DNA from: Phoronis australis
Taxonomy: Eukaryota; Animalia; Phoronida
NCBI GenBank assembly: GCA_002633005.1
Contig: NMRA01000253.1
Location: forward strand, 445,251 to 509,250
Reading direction: 5' to 3'
Length of the DNA: 64,000 bases
The notes beneath the pieces are model-generated. The model saw only the letters and a program-made list of their open reading frames with translations, was not told the DNA's origin and did not search any database. Below, in pieces: positions 61,333-64,000 of the stretch. A program made the translations under genes and the position numbers. The stretch's first letter is position 1, and the number at the start of each line of letters is the position of its first letter.

Positions 61333-64000
61333 CAGTCCGGGAGCCAGGTGGGCATTGTTAAATATGCAAATTTAGGTCGCCATTATGCAAAACTCTATTT
61401 TTGCTAATAATTTTCTTAGCAGGCATTGCAGGCAGATAATTTCAACCTTTTCCCCACGTTTTCATTGTCAGGGAATTTAATATTGCAAGATTTTTGGTGG
61501 ATACATTGTCAATTTCCATAATTGATGCAAATTAATGTCCTATTATTCAAAATTCTTGTGTTTATAGCTACGGTACCAGGCACCACAGATGAACTATCAT
61601 GATATTTGCACCCATATTCTAATGGTCAATTAGGTTAATAAAATGAGTTTGCAAATTGTTGCATGATAAATTTCCATAAAATTAATGCAAATCAAGGTCG
61701 CCTTTTTTCAAAATTCTACTTGTGCTTATAGCTGCACTACTAAGCACTTAAGTTGAAATCTCATAATATTTGGACCTAAGTTCCAATGGTCAATTAGGTT
61801 AGTGAACTCAGTTTGCAAGTTGCACGGTGTGATATAGGCAAATGAATACGGCCATTATTAAAAATGCTGTTTCTACTCGTAATTTTCTTACGGGGGCACT
61901 TCGTGCAGATTAGTTTGGTATTTTTACTGATGAATTTGATGTAGTCTGTCATTACATGATCAATATAAACAATCTGCAATTTATTACACAACGTTACAAA
62001 TTCAAAATTTTGTCTGATACCCGGGGTAGATCTAGTATACGACCAAATTGTTAAATTGCATAAGTCCAGGGCAATAACCTATCGAATGGAGAACAGTCAC
62101 AAGATGTTTCAAATTTCAATACAAGAGTCAGGACGTGATCACACTATGTACAGTATAACATGCCCAAAATATTGTGCGGGTTAGCAAATTGACGTTGCAA
62201 CTTTATCTTTTTGAATTTCATGGAATTTGACCTTTGCAGCGCCACCCAATCATAACCAGTATGTAATAGGGGCGAGTTGGACACCATGCGGAATTATAGA
62301 TGGAGAGAGTGATTTGCTTGTAGCATCTTTCTTCCATCCATAATCCTTTACATCTAGTCCTGGTTACATTCCACCACATGACTGGTAATGGGCTCCGTTT
62401 ACGTATACATTTTCTGTGAATATGTCGGTGACAGTTTGGGGGCAGGCATGTATCCCTTGCCGTTTTTCTTCCCCATACTAGATGTCGGATTCCTGACTTC
62501 TTTCCGATTCTTTCCATTCCAAACCAGACACATTAGTACCCTGTTTTATAACATCAGAAAAATTTGCATTAATAGTGCCAATGGCGGACAGGACATGTCC
62601 AGTCTTCAATATTTTAACGATATTTAACTCCATAATAGCTTGCCACCGTGTTACACCCCTACAGCACCTGGGGAAGGAGGAGACACCCACAATATCGCCA
62701 CGTGTTTCCAATGTTTAGAACTGTTCTAAGCTTACAAGGTGATTTCAAGGTTGTGGTATTTAAAGTAGTGTCCCATGCCATTGTAATGCACACGTAGCAC
62801 AAATACATTTTTGTCATCGGAAACAACCTAAAATTTGTTAAGTTCACATGCACATTTGACCTCCTGCAGCGCAGTAATGGAGCCGGCTTCTTCGTGGGAC
62901 GTACTCAGATAATACCCACAACCAATATCCTAGTACTGTAGTAAGGGACAGGGACCTTCATCAGCAATTACCTACTGGTGTTCCTTAGCTACTGCCAGCT
63001 TTTCTCGAACATTCTCTGTCCAATGTTTATTGGGTTTTATGTACATTAATACTCTACGCCATGTCTTTGGGATGCACCTTGGAATCCAACAAATCGATGC
63101 TGGTATCTACTTTTGTCAAATTTGTGCAATATCCTGGGCATCTGCATCGAGACATCATGTCTTACTTTAGTCTATGTAATAGGTTTCAGACCTGTTTCAA
63201 TCTTGTAGGATAAATGGCAACTCGTACCCAGAGCTTAAATTCTCTACTTAGAGGGGAATTCTCTATTATGTCCCTACTACTGTTTTCCTACCTCATGAAT
63301 GTGGTCCCTATAAACTGATCGCTCCGAGCCCCATTCAAGTATTCACCCAAGTCATTGAACTAATGGTGTGTGGAAATACATGTAGGCAAATACTACAGTG
63401 CATCTCTTGGAATTTAAAGGTCTAAAACTGTAGAGCTCACATTACACAAAAAATTCTTATTTCATATTCAAAAAAGAGAATCTGAAAATTCATCATGCTA
63501 CAACCTGCAAATAAATTTCTTTAAATTCATTGGCAACAGAAACATGGGTGTAAATATCTATAACTAACCTCTGGTGTCAGATGCAGCAACTATAAGCACA
63601 AGTAGAAGTTTGAATAAGGCAGTTGTAATTTGTTTAAATTATCAATTATGCAAATTTATGATGACCATGAAAACATGAGACATCAGTATTCGAAAATAAC
63701 CTACGTGTAATTCCCATCAGGAGTGTCTTTTATTTGTATAATTGATGTAAATTCATCATAAAATAACTTGAAAACTGATTTCATTAAATTAATTGACCAC
63801 ACGAAATGGGTGCAGATGTTAAATTGTTAACCTGGGATGCCTGGTGCATGTCCTTCAGCAGAATTTTGAATCATGGCAGCCCTAAGTTGCAAATATTATA
63901 TAATTTGCATATATTATGCAAATTCACGATGTATTCAGAACAAAACAAGCTCCATTAAATTCACTGATCATGGAAGCACAGGTGAAAACATTAAAGTAAC
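61333..64000 (-). mobile_element. Decayed Academ-like DNA transposon, probably running past the window end
   Basis: Begins CAGTCCGGGAGCCAG (similar to the TAGTC..GCCAG end at 40357) exactly where homology to the 52130 paralog stops. Many (a)tgcaaa(t) subterminal repeats. Minus-strand relic GCNTVASYYG (~62620-62660) resembles the XPG-like GCDT.S.F.G motif. Confidence 0.45.

Overview
AT-rich eukaryotic (animal, probably lophotrochozoan invertebrate) genomic DNA with two assembly gaps. One minus-strand, intron-rich gene spans almost the whole window, and its 5' end lies beyond position 64000. It consists of 12 ShK-toxin-like (ShKT, 6-Cys) exons, two 27-nt linker micro-exons and a C-terminal MAM domain. 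The ShKT exons and micro-exons are phase-1/phase-1 modules, except for the two damaged exons noted below. Ten ShKT exons sit in a ~30-kb tandem array (~16.6-46.7 kb) built from a ~5.4-kb two-exon unit with alternating type-1 (CGDK..WARENCALSC) and type-2 (CEDKLENC..WARDNCALFC) exons. The last two array exons are damaged. One carries a 7-bp Tc1/mariner-like excision footprint that causes a frameshift and stop; the other has lost its splice acceptor. The putative first MAM exon also looks decayed. The introns hold many transposons: two inverted Kolobok copies (THAP relic plus KolX/P2X7-ballast-like gene) that bracket the array, L1/Tx1-type LINEs, solo LTRs, Academ-like elements, MITEs and about ten TA>TACATGTA footprints. 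All calls come from manual reading and hand translation; no database search was run.
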